From Bryobacterales bacterium (GTDB taxonomy: Bacteria > Acidobacteriota > Terriglobia > Bryobacterales > UBA6623): 64,000 nucleotides of DNA. Under the pieces are notes generated by a model. That model had not been told where the DNA came from, did not search any database, and saw only the letters and a program-made list of their open reading frames with translations. Below, in pieces: positions 1-9,773 of the stretch. Numbering within the stretch: the stretch's first letter is position 1; each line of letters begins with the position of its first letter. Both the position numbers and the translations under genes were made by a program. The stretch spans positions 384,001 through 448,000 of the forward strand of contig OY729427.2 of the NCBI GenBank assembly GCA_963422375.2, written 5' to 3'.

Positions 1-603
1 GAGAAAGCTCATCACGTGGTCCGGTACTACTGCAATCCGACTGATCACGTCGCTCCGGTCGCCGTCATCGGTGGGATGCACGGCACCGGCGATCTCCTTG
101 GCAATGCCCGCCAGCGCAGCGTCCTCGCGAACCGACAGATCAAGGTCCTCAAGCACCAGTCTCCCGTCCATCCGGTTGACCGACTGGCTCGTCACGAGTG
201 CTTCGCCCCTCGAAAGCGCGAACTCGTGGCGACGAACTCTTAGGCCACCCAGCGCGGCATCCCGAGCATAGTGCCGCAGGATGAAGGGCGATGTCACGTA
301 ACTCACAATCCCGGCCAAGCAGCGCACTGGCATGAGGAGCAGGTGCGCATCGCCGACTGCCAGAGCACCGGCGAAGGAATCCCCGTCGCCGCTGATCGTT
401 CGGGGGCCGAACAGGCTGTGGGCATTCTGGTGGCTCTGCAGTTCCACCTGCTGCCGGAGCACTCCGCGTAGCGACGATCCCGGCACGATTGGAAACTTGG
501 TTGACCGTGCTCGGGCAATCGGCAAGTCCACGGCTCCCGCAGCCTGCCCGGTCCCGCAGTGAAGCGACGAGAGCGCATGAATATGAAAGAGTCTGGCCTT
601 CAT
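1..603 (-). CDS. cmr4: Type III-B CRISPR RAMP backbone nuclease Cmr4 (5' part, runs off the window)
   Basis: Not in the ORF track because it has no stop in the window. Manual translation from ATG at 603 (ATGA overlap with the cmr3 stop) gives MKARLFHIHALSSLHCGTGQAAGAVDLPIARARSTKFPIVPGSSLRGVLR, the Cmr4 N-terminal signature including the DLPI catalytic Asp. Confidence 0.93.
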   Translation of the reverse strand, partial: MKARLFHIHALSSLHCGTGQAAGAVDLPIARARSTKFPIVPGSSLRGVLRQQVELQSHQNAHSLFGPRTISGDGDSFAGALAVGDAHLLLMPVRCLAGIVSYVTSPFILRHYARDAALGGLRVRRHEFALSRGEALVTSQSVNRMDGRLVLEDLDLSVREDAALAGIAKEIAGAVHPTDDGDRSDVISRIAVVPDHVMSFL

Positions 604-1910
604 TGGTGACGACCCTCCGTGATCAGATTTGCAGGTCGCGCTTGATCGGGCGGCCGCCACGGGCACGGAAGCGCGAGAGCGAAGCCGTCGCGACGGTCCT
701 GCTCAAGGTCGCAAGCGCTGCTGAGCCAAAGCGCCCGGAGGTCGCGGGAGGCCGCGTCCCCGACAATGCGGAACCAATACGTCGAACCGCTCGGAACGAC
801 TTTGCGAGCGGGCCGGGGCGCTCGCCTCGCAAGGTCCCAACCGGAATGCGGCTGCCATCGGCCTACCCCGGCCGCGCAGAGCCTTAGATTGAGGCCGGGC
901 GCCGACGGAGGACTCCCGGTCAGGTCGTCCCCGAGCCACCCCGGACGGTATCCGCCGGAGAAGATCCCCGGAGTGAGAAGTGTAATGCAGAGGCCGCCCG
1001 CCAGCGCCATGTCCCTGTCCCATCCGTCAGGGAACCGCGGCCAGACAGATTCGTGCTCCGCGCGTAGTGCCGCCATGCGCCGCTTGCCGCCAAGATGCAC
1101 CACTGACTTGCTGATGGCACCGCCCTTCACCCGAGCAAGAAGGCGAAGCCGGTCGGTCGAGGCTCCATCCTCCTCGAGGCGAGCTGCGAAGTCGAGTCCC
1201 TCGGTCTCGAACAGGCCCCCGCCACGGGCGGCATGCGTTTCAGGATCGATTGATACGTGTGTTCGACGGTCACCCAACGACATTGGGTCCCAGCCTCGCT
1301 TCGCGACTTCGCCGAAGCTGATCGAGTCGCCGCGCCGAAACTTCAACAGGTCGTCAAGCGGCCACCACGCCGGGCCGTGTCTCTGCTTCCCTTCGACTGC
1401 TACCTCCACCTGCAGAGGCATCAGGCTGTCGGGCATGTCCGCTCCGCAACCGTCAGCGAAGTCTCGCGGCGCTGCGCGGATGCACCGGTCCGCGCCTCCG
1501 TGGGCGAAGTAGAGCGCATCGGCGGGTTTCGGGACCAAGACCTGCCCGTCTCCGCGAAGGAGCAGCGGTCCAATGACCTCCAGCTGCCTCGCGAGTTCCG
1601 GGCCGAACGGCTTGGCCGTCTGGCGCGCCCATGCCGTACGCAGGCAGCCCGCTACCGTCGAAGGAGGGGGGAATCGAGCGGGGTCCGCGTCGGCGTGGCT
1701 GTTTACAGGCCGACCGGAACGAACAATCACCGGAGCGAGAGGATCCAAGCTGACAACCGATTCGGACCTGATGGGCTCGGGCGGCCGCGCCGTCGCAGCG
1801 CTGCCCTCCTGCCTTGGCGCCGCCTTCTGGCGGTCGGCCGACATGGACGGTTGCTGGTTCGATCTCCCCTTGGACTGGCGGCGTTGGCCCCTCTTCTTGC
1901 GCGACCTCAC
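600..1910 (-). CDS. cmr3: Type III-B CRISPR protein Cmr3, with a basic N-terminal extension
   Basis: LDPLAPVIVRSGRP, FPPPSTVAGCLRT, HLGGKRR, LLTPGIF, SGWDL, VPSGSTYWF and RRDGFALAL motifs; lies between cmr2 and cmr4. Confidence 0.9.
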   Translation of the reverse strand: MRSRKKRGQRRQSKGRSNQQPSMSADRQKAAPRQEGSAATARPPEPIRSESVVSLDPLAPVIVRSGRPVNSHADADPARFPPPSTVAGCLRTAWARQTAKPFGPELARQLEVIGPLLLRGDGQVLVPKPADALYFAHGGADRCIRAAPRDFADGCGADMPDSLMPLQVEVAVEGKQRHGPAWWPLDDLLKFRRGDSISFGEVAKRGWDPMSLGDRRTHVSIDPETHAARGGGLFETEGLDFAARLEEDGASTDRLRLLARVKGGAISKSVVHLGGKRRMAALRAEHESVWPRFPDGWDRDMALAGGLCITLLTPGIFSGGYRPGWLGDDLTGSPPSAPGLNLRLCAAGVGRWQPHSGWDLARRAPRPARKVVPSGSTYWFRIVGDAASRDLRALWLSSACDLEQDRRDGFALALPCPWRPPDQARPANLITEGRHQ

Positions 1911-3769
1911 GAGCGTTCTCCCAGGTCAGCCTCAGTGCGCGCCGAAAGCCACCGCGCTGCAATCAACGTGTCCGCGACGCGCCGCAGCGGTTGTCGTGCG
2001 ACGAGGGCTCGGATCAGCTCGCGGATCTCGCCCGAGAGCCGTGTCTGACCGCCTTCCAGCCGCGCCCGGTCCAGCATCCGATTGACTTCTGCAAGTCGCA
2101 TGCCGGTGGCTATGTGTCCGCTATCTGACCTCAGCCAGGCTAGCCGCCGATCTATCGCACGAATGTCGTAGGCAGCGCGAGCTGGCAGCCTCCGGTCTCG
2201 GTAACCATCTGTCAGCCTCTCGAGTGCGCTCAGCGTCTCCCTGTCGTCCCAGCGACAGCGCCACTGAACCTCGCCGCCAGAACGCACGCCAAGCACAAAC
2301 GCGATGGCATTACGCGAAGTACCCGCGGAGTCGCCTTTCGCTAGCTTCTCCGCCCGCTCGGCCCGGGCCCTTAGCTTGCCTAGCGGTTCCATCAAGTGAC
2401 CGATTCCCAAGCCGACGGAAAGCGACGGTCGCTCGGCGTTGGGGGGGCACAGGCTCTCCGCGACGTCGCCGAGTTCACCTTCAAAGACTTCTGCCAAGTC
2501 GCGAGCGCACATCTGTGCGCCGGTCAGCGGCAACATCGCTAGCACGTCGTCTCCTCCCGCATAAATGCAATGGCCGCGATTGTCTTGAACAATGCCTCTG
2601 GCCTTGCTTGCGAACAGATGCAGCGCCTTGGAAGCATGCCTAGACTGATCCGCGCTAGCCGCTCGCGAAAGGAACTTGCCCATGCGGTCCCCGTCAGCCA
2701 TCAAGATGGCTACGTAGGGTACCGGACTGCCCGCTGCGTCGCCGGAAGCACTCCGTTCCACCGACAACTGGCGCAGGCATTCTCGCAGGGCCTTAACCGC
2801 CGTCCGTGCCGTCAAGCCCCCTGTCTCCCGTATCACCCTCGTAGTCCGGTCCATGCGGAACGGAAACAGCAGCGTCGCATCAAACGGGAGGTCGGCGTAG
2901 ATCCCGGCATTGCCGCGGACTCGCGACGCAAGCCCTCGACCAAGGGGATGCAGCGCTTCGTAAGCGGATGCGTATGAGTCCTTGAGGCGTCGCCGCTGGT
3001 CGGACGTCAGCCGCTCGATCCAAGGGTCCGCAGCGATCCGAGAAACCGGAGTGAACTGGTCTGACGGCCCTGCCAGGCGCTTGATCACACCCAGCGCATC
3101 GAGGTGCTCTTGGTCGCCGACCTGATCCCCTCCTGCCAGAGCAAGCCGCCTGGAGGCGGCATCGCCGGAAGACCATGGCCGCAAAACCGTTTCGCGCCCC
3201 CCGTCCAGAGACGACTTCGGGAGGCCGCCGGTCGACAGCCTGGCACACTGGACAAAGTTGCGCGTTGCCTTGCGCGCCGCCAACGCGATTCCCAGCTGTT
3301 CGCTCGCCTCTCCGTAACCTTCGTCGCGGGACTCGACTCGCGCCCACGCCGAGTATGCCTCCAGGATGTCTCCGATCTGCGATTCCCAGACCTCCGACCG
3401 GATCAGAGCTTGAAGACCCTCCCTTGCGCGCCTTCCCAAGTCTCGCACGCGTACCGCTGCGTCGGCCTTGGCATCCTCGCACAGGGCACGGGCTGCCCGC
3501 ATGTCAGGCACGGACACCTCCGCCCGCAGGACATTTGAAATGTTCGCACCGTCGCCCGGCTCGCTCTGCGGTTCTAGATCCTGAATCGGATTCGCGACAT
3601 GAGGAATAATCAGGCATCCTGGCTGGGCCCTGTGCAGGCAGCGAGCCGCGGCCCTTGCGGCCTCCGAAAGGAGCCAAGAGCCACACCATAAGTCGCGAGT
3701 CCGTCGGGCAGCGCCGATCAGGCTCTGGACCGGCCCCAACGAGAGAGTGACGAGGAACGTCTGCATCAA
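1907..3769 (-). CDS. cmr2: Type III-B Cas10/Cmr2 (no HD domain; palm cyclase motifs intact)
   Basis: SLGPVQSLIGAARRTRDLWCGSWLLS N-terminus, ADGDRMG and IYAGGDDVLA (GGDD). Confidence 0.95.
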   Translation of the reverse strand: MMQTFLVTLSLGPVQSLIGAARRTRDLWCGSWLLSEAARAAARCLHRAQPGCLIIPHVANPIQDLEPQSEPGDGANISNVLRAEVSVPDMRAARALCEDAKADAAVRVRDLGRRAREGLQALIRSEVWESQIGDILEAYSAWARVESRDEGYGEASEQLGIALAARKATRNFVQCARLSTGGLPKSSLDGGRETVLRPWSSGDAASRRLALAGGDQVGDQEHLDALGVIKRLAGPSDQFTPVSRIAADPWIERLTSDQRRRLKDSYASAYEALHPLGRGLASRVRGNAGIYADLPFDATLLFPFRMDRTTRVIRETGGLTARTAVKALRECLRQLSVERSASGDAAGSPVPYVAILMADGDRMGKFLSRAASADQSRHASKALHLFASKARGIVQDNRGHCIYAGGDDVLAMLPLTGAQMCARDLAEVFEGELGDVAESLCPPNAERPSLSVGLGIGHLMEPLGKLRARAERAEKLAKGDSAGTSRNAIAFVLGVRSGGEVQWRCRWDDRETLSALERLTDGYRDRRLPARAAYDIRAIDRRLAWLRSDSGHIATGMRLAEVNRMLDRARLEGGQTRLSGEIRELIRALVARQPLRRVADTLIAARWLSARTEADLGERS

Positions 3770-3785
3770 TGCTCTCCGAGCCCGC

Positions 3786-4961
3786 CTATTGTTCGAAGTA
3801 GGTCACGAAGGCGGAGAGGGCGTCCGCTTCCCCTTGGTCATCAAGGGGCGGAATCCTCCTGGCCTCCCGCTTGCGATCCGCCGAGTCCTTCGGCCAGGAC
3901 TCGTAGAAATGAGGACACCCCTTGAGTTCCACGGATCGGCTCACGCAGGCTTCCCATCCGGGAACAAGAAGCGCAGCCGGCTTGTACGCCTTGCCGTCGA
4001 AATAGGGGCGCAGCACGAGCGGACTGGCCATCCTGTCCCTGCCTTCAGGTTTCAGAGTGAGGTCTGACATCTCGCCCTTAAATTGGAATACGATCGGCAA
4101 ACCGAAGGAGGCGCGGGGAAAGAATTCCATTCCGGCAGAGCCGGAACCAGGGCCCCGACTCAAACGGCGGAGCGTGCTGGCCTCAGGCCAGTTGCTAGCT
4201 CCCGGCACCTTCCCTCGCCCCTTGCCCTGCCGTCGCCCGACGCCGACTCCCTGCCGGAACTGCTCGAGCGCTCTGACCGCTTCGGCCCACGCTCCGACCG
4301 CTTCAGTCTTAGCGCTCGACGTGCGCAATACCAGCCTGCCGCCTCGCGATTCGACATCACTTCGCTCGACGGGCATCAAGTCACCTGCCGACTCGACCAC
4401 TCGGACGGCCCCGAGACCGCGCCGAGTGCGAGCTCCCAAGCCGGCGAAGCTTGCCCACCAGCGGACGGCCTCTACTACCTGTGCGCGCTGCTGTGGCGTC
4501 ACTGAGGGACAGAAGCTGACTTCCAAACCGAACCGATAGCCCGGCCTCAGCAGTTCGGGCTCGGCACGGGAATCCAGGACCAGCGCATATGACGGAAACT
4601 TGGCCCCCCATTTGACGAGCTCGCGCTGGGTCGCAGGCTCCGCCCTGGCGCCGACACTCACCCTGCTGGCGCGGGGGCCGCTCTTTCGTATGCCCCCCCA
4701 CAGCTCGGATTCGGCCTCGAACAACTGCTTGGTCGAGGGACGAGCGTTGAGGAGCCTCCACCAATATCGGAGCTGGCCACGAACTGCGCTGGGTCGTACG
4801 GGCAGCTCACGATCAATCTCGCCCGGCTGAACTCCGCCTCCGTACATGGGCGTGATCAATTCGAGGGTCGCGGTCAGTGGTCGCACTCCATCGGTGCGGC
4901 TGGCACTCTCCCAAGCCTGCATCGCCCCGTCCGGGCTCAACTCGCAGTTCGGTGTTCGCAT
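3786..4961 (-). CDS. cmr1: Type III-B RAMP protein Cmr1
   Basis: LITPMYGGG, VRPSAVRGQLRYWWR, GLGARTRRGLG, FPRASFGLPIVFQF and RMASPL; start placed at ATG 4961 (AGGA upstream). Confidence 0.92.
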   Translation of the reverse strand: MRTPNCELSPDGAMQAWESASRTDGVRPLTATLELITPMYGGGVQPGEIDRELPVRPSAVRGQLRYWWRLLNARPSTKQLFEAESELWGGIRKSGPRASRVSVGARAEPATQRELVKWGAKFPSYALVLDSRAEPELLRPGYRFGLEVSFCPSVTPQQRAQVVEAVRWWASFAGLGARTRRGLGAVRVVESAGDLMPVERSDVESRGGRLVLRTSSAKTEAVGAWAEAVRALEQFRQGVGVGRRQGKGRGKVPGASNWPEASTLRRLSRGPGSGSAGMEFFPRASFGLPIVFQFKGEMSDLTLKPEGRDRMASPLVLRPYFDGKAYKPAALLVPGWEACVSRSVELKGCPHFYESWPKDSADRKREARRIPPLDDQGEADALSAFVTYFEQ

Positions 4962-5274
4962 TAGATTCCTACGCTCTCCCGCTCTCTGGCCGGGAATCCA
5001 AATTGATCCCGCCCGGCAGCCGGATGTCCCGAACCGTAGGCTCGGCCTGGCCGACAGGCTCGGCGAATGGTGGCGGGTACGAGTCGCAAACCACTCGAGA
5101 AGGGATTTGCCAGCCGACGATTTGACACCCTCCGTTCGTCTCGCGACGACGTAACGCCTGACCAATCATCGCTCCCTTTCGAATCGCCAAGATTGATGAT
5201 ATCCCCTCTCTCGAGCCCGTGCCGAATCTGCAAGCTTGCCGTTTCCGGCTCTATCGATTGAGCAACACTGCTAG

Positions 5275-7174
5275 CCCGGATAATTCATGAGTAGCCCGGA
5301 GGGCCATAGTCCGGTCCCTCCGCCCGGGCCGTGAGGGCCCCCGGTCCAGCGCGATCCTCACTCCTAGGAGTGCCCTGCGATCCCCGGCAGCAGCCCCGGC
5401 CCGCTCCGATTGAGATCCAAGTTTATATGCTGAAGTGGTTTTTATACGGTATTTTACAATGAATACATTGTCGCATTCGCAGGCTCCCAAGGCGTTCTAT
5501 TCCGCAATCCGCGCCGTCGCGCCGTCGCCGTCCACTTCGATCACGAGCGCAGCAGCTCCGACGGCGGCGCTGTCCCGGTCGAGGCCGCCCACCGCGCTCC
5601 CGGCCTCACCGCGGCCTTCGCCGACTGCCTGCGCGACCGGCGCCAGCCCTCCGAGGTGCTCCACTCCCTCGCCGACAGGCTCCGCCAGCGCATCTACGGC
5701 CGCGCCTGCGGCTAGGAGGACTGCAACGACGCCGGGCGCCTCGGCGGCGACCCCGTGTTCAAGCTGCCGCTCGGGCGCGACCCCTGGCAGGGTCGCGACC
5801 TGCCGTCCCGGCCCACCCTGTCGCGCTTCGAGAACGCCGGCACCGCGGACGCGCCGAGCGCGCTGTCCGCGGTACCGGCCCGCTGCGTCGTGCGGCGCCG
5901 GCACGAGCGGCGCCCCGAGACGAGCATCGTCGGGCTGGACTTCGACCCGACCTGCGAGCCGACGCACGGGGGCCGGCAGCTGGCGCTGTGCAACGGCTTC
6001 CACGACACGCATTGCTACTTGCCGCTGGTGGGCGTGGTGCGCTTCGACGACGAGCGCGAGCGGCATCTCGTGGCGGCGCTGCTGCGCTCGGGCACGGCGG
6101 CGGCCGCGGAGGGCTTGCTGCCGCTGCTGCGGGAATTCTTCCCGCGGGCGACGCTGCGCCTGCGCTTGGACGCGGGCTTCCAAGGGGACGAGCTGCCGGC
6201 CTATGGCGAGCGCGAGGGCCTGGAGTGCGTGGTGTACCTGCAGAAGAACGCGGTGCCGGAGCGGCGCGCGGCCCCGTTGCGGGCGGCCGTCGAGGCCCGG
6301 CGGCACGCCGGGCACGGACCCCGGCGGGGCAGCGGCGGCCGCGGGGGACCCGCCGTCCCGGCTGGAGCAGTTGCGGGCGAAGTACGCGCGGCTGGGAGCC
6401 GGCACGCAGGGGGGCCGGCCGGGCGCGGAGGACGCGGGCAAGAACCCGGGCCCGCTGCACGGGCAGTTCGTCTAGCGGGCGGGCCGCCGGTCGCGGGCGC
6501 GGCGGGTGATCGTCAAGGCGGACGCGAGCGAGTTTCCCGGGCGCGCCCCGCAGTGGAACCCGCGCTACGCGGTGACCAACGCGGGCGGCAGCCCGCAGCG
6601 CCTCTACGAGCGGATCCACTGCCTGCGGGGAGACGAGGAGAACCGCGTCAAGGAGCTCGAGCACGGGATGCGGAGGGACCGCGCCAGCTGCTCGAGCTTC
6701 GCGGCGAACCGGTTCCGCGTGCCGCTCGCGGCGGCGGCCTACGTGATCATGCAGGAACTGCGCTGGCAGGCACGGGACACGCCGCTGCGGAAGCGCCGGG
6801 TGGACGGGTTGCGCCTCGGCCCGCTGAAGCCGGGGGCGCGGGTCGCGGCCACAGCGAAGCGGATCGTGCTGCGAGTGCCGCGGATGGCACCGTTCCGGGA
6901 CGCCTGGGTGGTGGTGGCGCGGGGCTTGGGGGCCGTGCCGATATGACGCCGGGCCGGGTCAATCCGGAGAGTGTCGGCAGGCGCCGGGTGCCGCCGAGGG
7001 AAACCGTGCCTGCCCCCCGGGCGGGTGCCGCCGAGGAGGTGTCCGCGGCCCGCACGCCGCTCGCGAGACGCCCCGCAAGCCCCGCCCGCAGGCGTTTCGG
7101 AAGCAGATTGGGCGGCCATCGAGGGCCCAGAAACCGGATCCATGGGCCTGCGCCGCATTCGTGAATAATGCGGG
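5275..7174 (+). mobile_element. IS1380-family element, copy 1, defective transposase
   Basis: Imperfect TIRs (CCCGGATAATTCATGAGT vs reverse complement CCCGCATTATTCACGAAT) and CTAG duplicated on both sides. Transposase fragments SRPTLSRFEN, LDFDPT, CYLPL, RLDAGF and RGDEENRVKE lie in different frames. Confidence 0.9.
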
Positions 7175-8298
7175 CTAGGGCCCTCCGCAACTCCCGGGAG
7201 AGGCGGTCTTGGTCGTGGAGCACATGGCGGTGGTGCCGGTCCTTCTCGGAAGTACCGTGAACCAAGGCGCTGCGCAGCGTCCTCAGCAACCCAAGTGCCT
7301 CCGCACGATCGCCCGACGACGCTTAGAAGAGGCGCTCGGCCCCGAGTCTTCGTCCGATTTGATAATCGACCGACGGCAGGCCGACTTGGTCGCATTCCTT
7401 GGTAGTCAAAGCCTCCCAGCCGAAGACCACCGCCCTCAGGTAGTCGCTGCGCCCGAGGTGTTCCCAAGCGAGTCTCTTCTGGTGTTCCGCGAGGCTGCCC
7501 CGGCGCGACCAAGCAAGGCGATCCTTGAGCGTTCTCGCGAATAGGCGGGAAGCACCGTGTAATTCGCTCCGATCAAGGAACGCATTGAGTTTTCGGAGTT
7601 GCTTCAAAGCCTCCGGCAAGTTGAGTGTCCGCTCGTAAAATGCCGCTCTCTCCAACCACCGCGCCTTGTCGCTCTCAACACCGTTTTCGATCAGCAGCGG
7701 CGCAAATACGCCGTAGTCCCCGCTTGCGTCGAATCGGTCCAACGCGTCGACCCAGCGGCGGACACGAGCCAATCCTCCGAGCTGCAACACGGGGGCCACG
7801 CCACCCTCGCCCAGGTCGAGAGCGCCGTACCAAAGCCCATGAACCTTGAGTTGGCGAATCCCCTCCAGCATGAAGGCCGAGAGAAGGCCAACCATGCCGA
7901 AGTACCTGAAACCCGTGGGCCACCTCGATGCTCACCTCACCGCCCGGAACCGAATCCTCGATCACCTCGAGGATCTCGTATTGCTCGCTCTCGCTGGCTC
8001 CGTAGGGTATGAGCCAGGGCTTGACTTGAGTCCCGACAGCCCGCTCCATGAGCGGAACCAACGCCTCCAGCATGGCCTCGGTGACTCGGCCGGACGCCTC
8101 AGCTTCAAGCAACTCCAACCTCGCATCCTCTTCCTCGGCCCCGGTCACCAAGTTTTCGACGAGAACTCCCCATTGACTGCAGCGCGTCCCTAGGATGACA
8201 ACCAGCTACGGCTTCAGGTGGGTGGCGAGCCTGAGCCCGAAGAACGCGGACTCGCGTGGCTCGGCCTCTCCGAGGAATCGGAACCTCGCGACTAGGTA

Positions 8299-8553
8299 GT
8301 GCCTGTGACAAAACTCGTATCTCCTTGACAACAAAGTAGTTAGGTCCAATCTTTCAAGGCGAAGATTTCACTGGAACGCTACGACTGGTCCGAAATCCTG
8401 CCAATTCTGGGTAGAGCGCGGAAATCTTCGCGATTGGCGGCTGAGCAACTTCCGACCTTGGGCCATATATGTTGTGTTTGGAGATCCATCCGACATCAGG
8501 ATGTAGTATGAAATGCTGATCAGGCCAGAATTCAGGGGTTTTGTCACAAGCAC
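8299..8553. mobile_element. 255-bp MITE, copy 1, inserted in the CARF-HEPN gene
   Basis: TIR GTGC(C/T)TGTGACAAAAC, 6-bp TSD TAGGTA; closely similar to 59108-59362 in inverted orientation. Confidence 0.9.
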
Positions 8554-8618
8554 TAGGTACCCGGTCTTCATCTCGTGCGAAGCCTTCCCGAGGAACCTAA
8601 CGAGAGTGTGGCGACCCA

Positions 8619-9773
8619 TCAAGCTCTTCCCGCCAGTCCGATGACCCGGACGGCGCGTGGCTGCACCTTGAGACCGAATCGAGAGCAACGCTTGCCGGGA
8701 ATCCTCTCACGGGCGGAGATCAGGTACGGCCCGGCCCGCTTCCGCCCGAGCGCTTCGATCAGGCGCCTGTTGATGTGAGACTTCTGCGGATCGAAATTGC
8801 TCTTCGTCAGGCCGCTCCCCAAGCTCTTCACGGCGGCCTCGTAACGCCCGGAGTACGTGCTGACCACGCGGCCGTAATAGGAGAGGAACTCTCGGGCCGC
8901 GCCGGGCTCGGACCAGTGAGTGCCATGCTTGCCCGAGCGAGCTCTCTCCGCAAGCATCCAGTAGAACGCGAACTGCGACGGTCTCAGGCTGAACGCCTCG
9001 CCTCCAGCAGTGACGCGGCAGCGAGCGACATCAAGCATCAAAGCGACAGGCGGAAGCGAGAGTTGCGCTTCGGCAACAGCCTCGGAGAACGAGACCCGCC
9101 CGTCGAGCAGGCTGGCGGAGACTCCGTCGCGGAAGCGCACGAATGGTATGTCCGCTAGCGCAACACTAGCCCGATGCTTGTCCAGCGCGGTGTCGCTCTC
9201 CCCGTCAGCAGAGATCAGTTCCGGGGTTGGCGAGGGGTAGAAGAAGTCGGCGTGCGATTCGAATGGAGAGTCCACCAATACGTGCGACAGACGGTCCTGC
9301 GAACGCCCGTACAGGGACAGCGCGAAGCCCGCATAGAGCCCCATGGTCCTTCGTCCTCCTGCGATAGACACGTGAAGGGCACAATGCTCGTCCTTGGTAA
9401 GCGCTCGAACTTGATCGGTCAGGAAGTCGGCAACACTCGTATTGTCATCCACCGTTCTGATGTCGCCGAGCGGACGACCGACCGCATCCTCGAGCACGCG
9501 GATTCTCCCTAGGTCGAATTCAATCTCCGGCAAGGCGTAGTTGGCTCGCAAGCGGTGAAACCATCCGTCCGGCTTTGGGAGAAGCCTCCGCCTTGCCTCC
9601 GCAGCACCTTCCTCGCTCGTGACCAGTAGCACCTCAGTCGGCACCCAAGCGGGTCTGCTGTTCACGGCCAGCGCGTACAGGGTCTCTGTAACGACCTGCG
9701 GGGCGAGTCCCGTCACTGCCAGCAAGATGCGCCGGTCGTACCGGTGAGGGCTTCGGAGTGCGTCGTTCGTCAT
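8619..9773 (-). CDS. NE0113/TIGR02584-family CARF protein (putative cOA ring nuclease) with C-terminal wHTH-like region
   Basis: RILLAVTGLAPQVVTETLYAL, DIRT, LHVSIAGGRRTMG, GRSQDRLSHVLV and FFYP motifs; TGATG coupling to the downstream effector gene. Confidence 0.88.
   Translation of the reverse strand: MTNDALRSPHRYDRRILLAVTGLAPQVVTETLYALAVNSRPAWVPTEVLLVTSEEGAAEARRRLLPKPDGWFHRLRANYALPEIEFDLGRIRVLEDAVGRPLGDIRTVDDNTSVADFLTDQVRALTKDEHCALHVSIAGGRRTMGLYAGFALSLYGRSQDRLSHVLVDSPFESHADFFYPSPTPELISADGESDTALDKHRASVALADIPFVRFRDGVSASLLDGRVSFSEAVAEAQLSLPPVALMLDVARCRVTAGGEAFSLRPSQFAFYWMLAERARSGKHGTHWSEPGAAREFLSYYGRVVSTYSGRYEAAVKSLGSGLTKSNFDPQKSHINRRLIEALGRKRAGPYLISARERIPGKRCSRFGLKVQPRAVRVIGLAGRA

Larger units (their letters stand above)
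5251..8619 (-). pseudogene. TM1812/TIGR02221-like (Csx1/Csx2-type) CARF-HEPN type III effector, multiply disrupted
   Basis: Fragments reassemble in order: MGRHTLVRFLGK..GY | MITE | ARFRF..SAFFGLRLATHLKP*LVVILGT (stop, frameshift) ..LIPYGASESEQ..EVAHGF (frameshift near 7905) RYFGMVGLLSAF..WYGALD..FDASGDYGVF..ERLF* (in-frame TAA at 7323) ..LRSALVHG (HEPN Rx4H) ..RRAL | IS1380 | AVLLNR*. Confidence 0.85.

Noticed and set aside
3786..5165. Extended N-termini given by the ORF track (cmr1; also 10040, 11804, 14168, 15726, 23444, 28013)
   Set aside because: Family similarity and RBS or promoter context support downstream starts.
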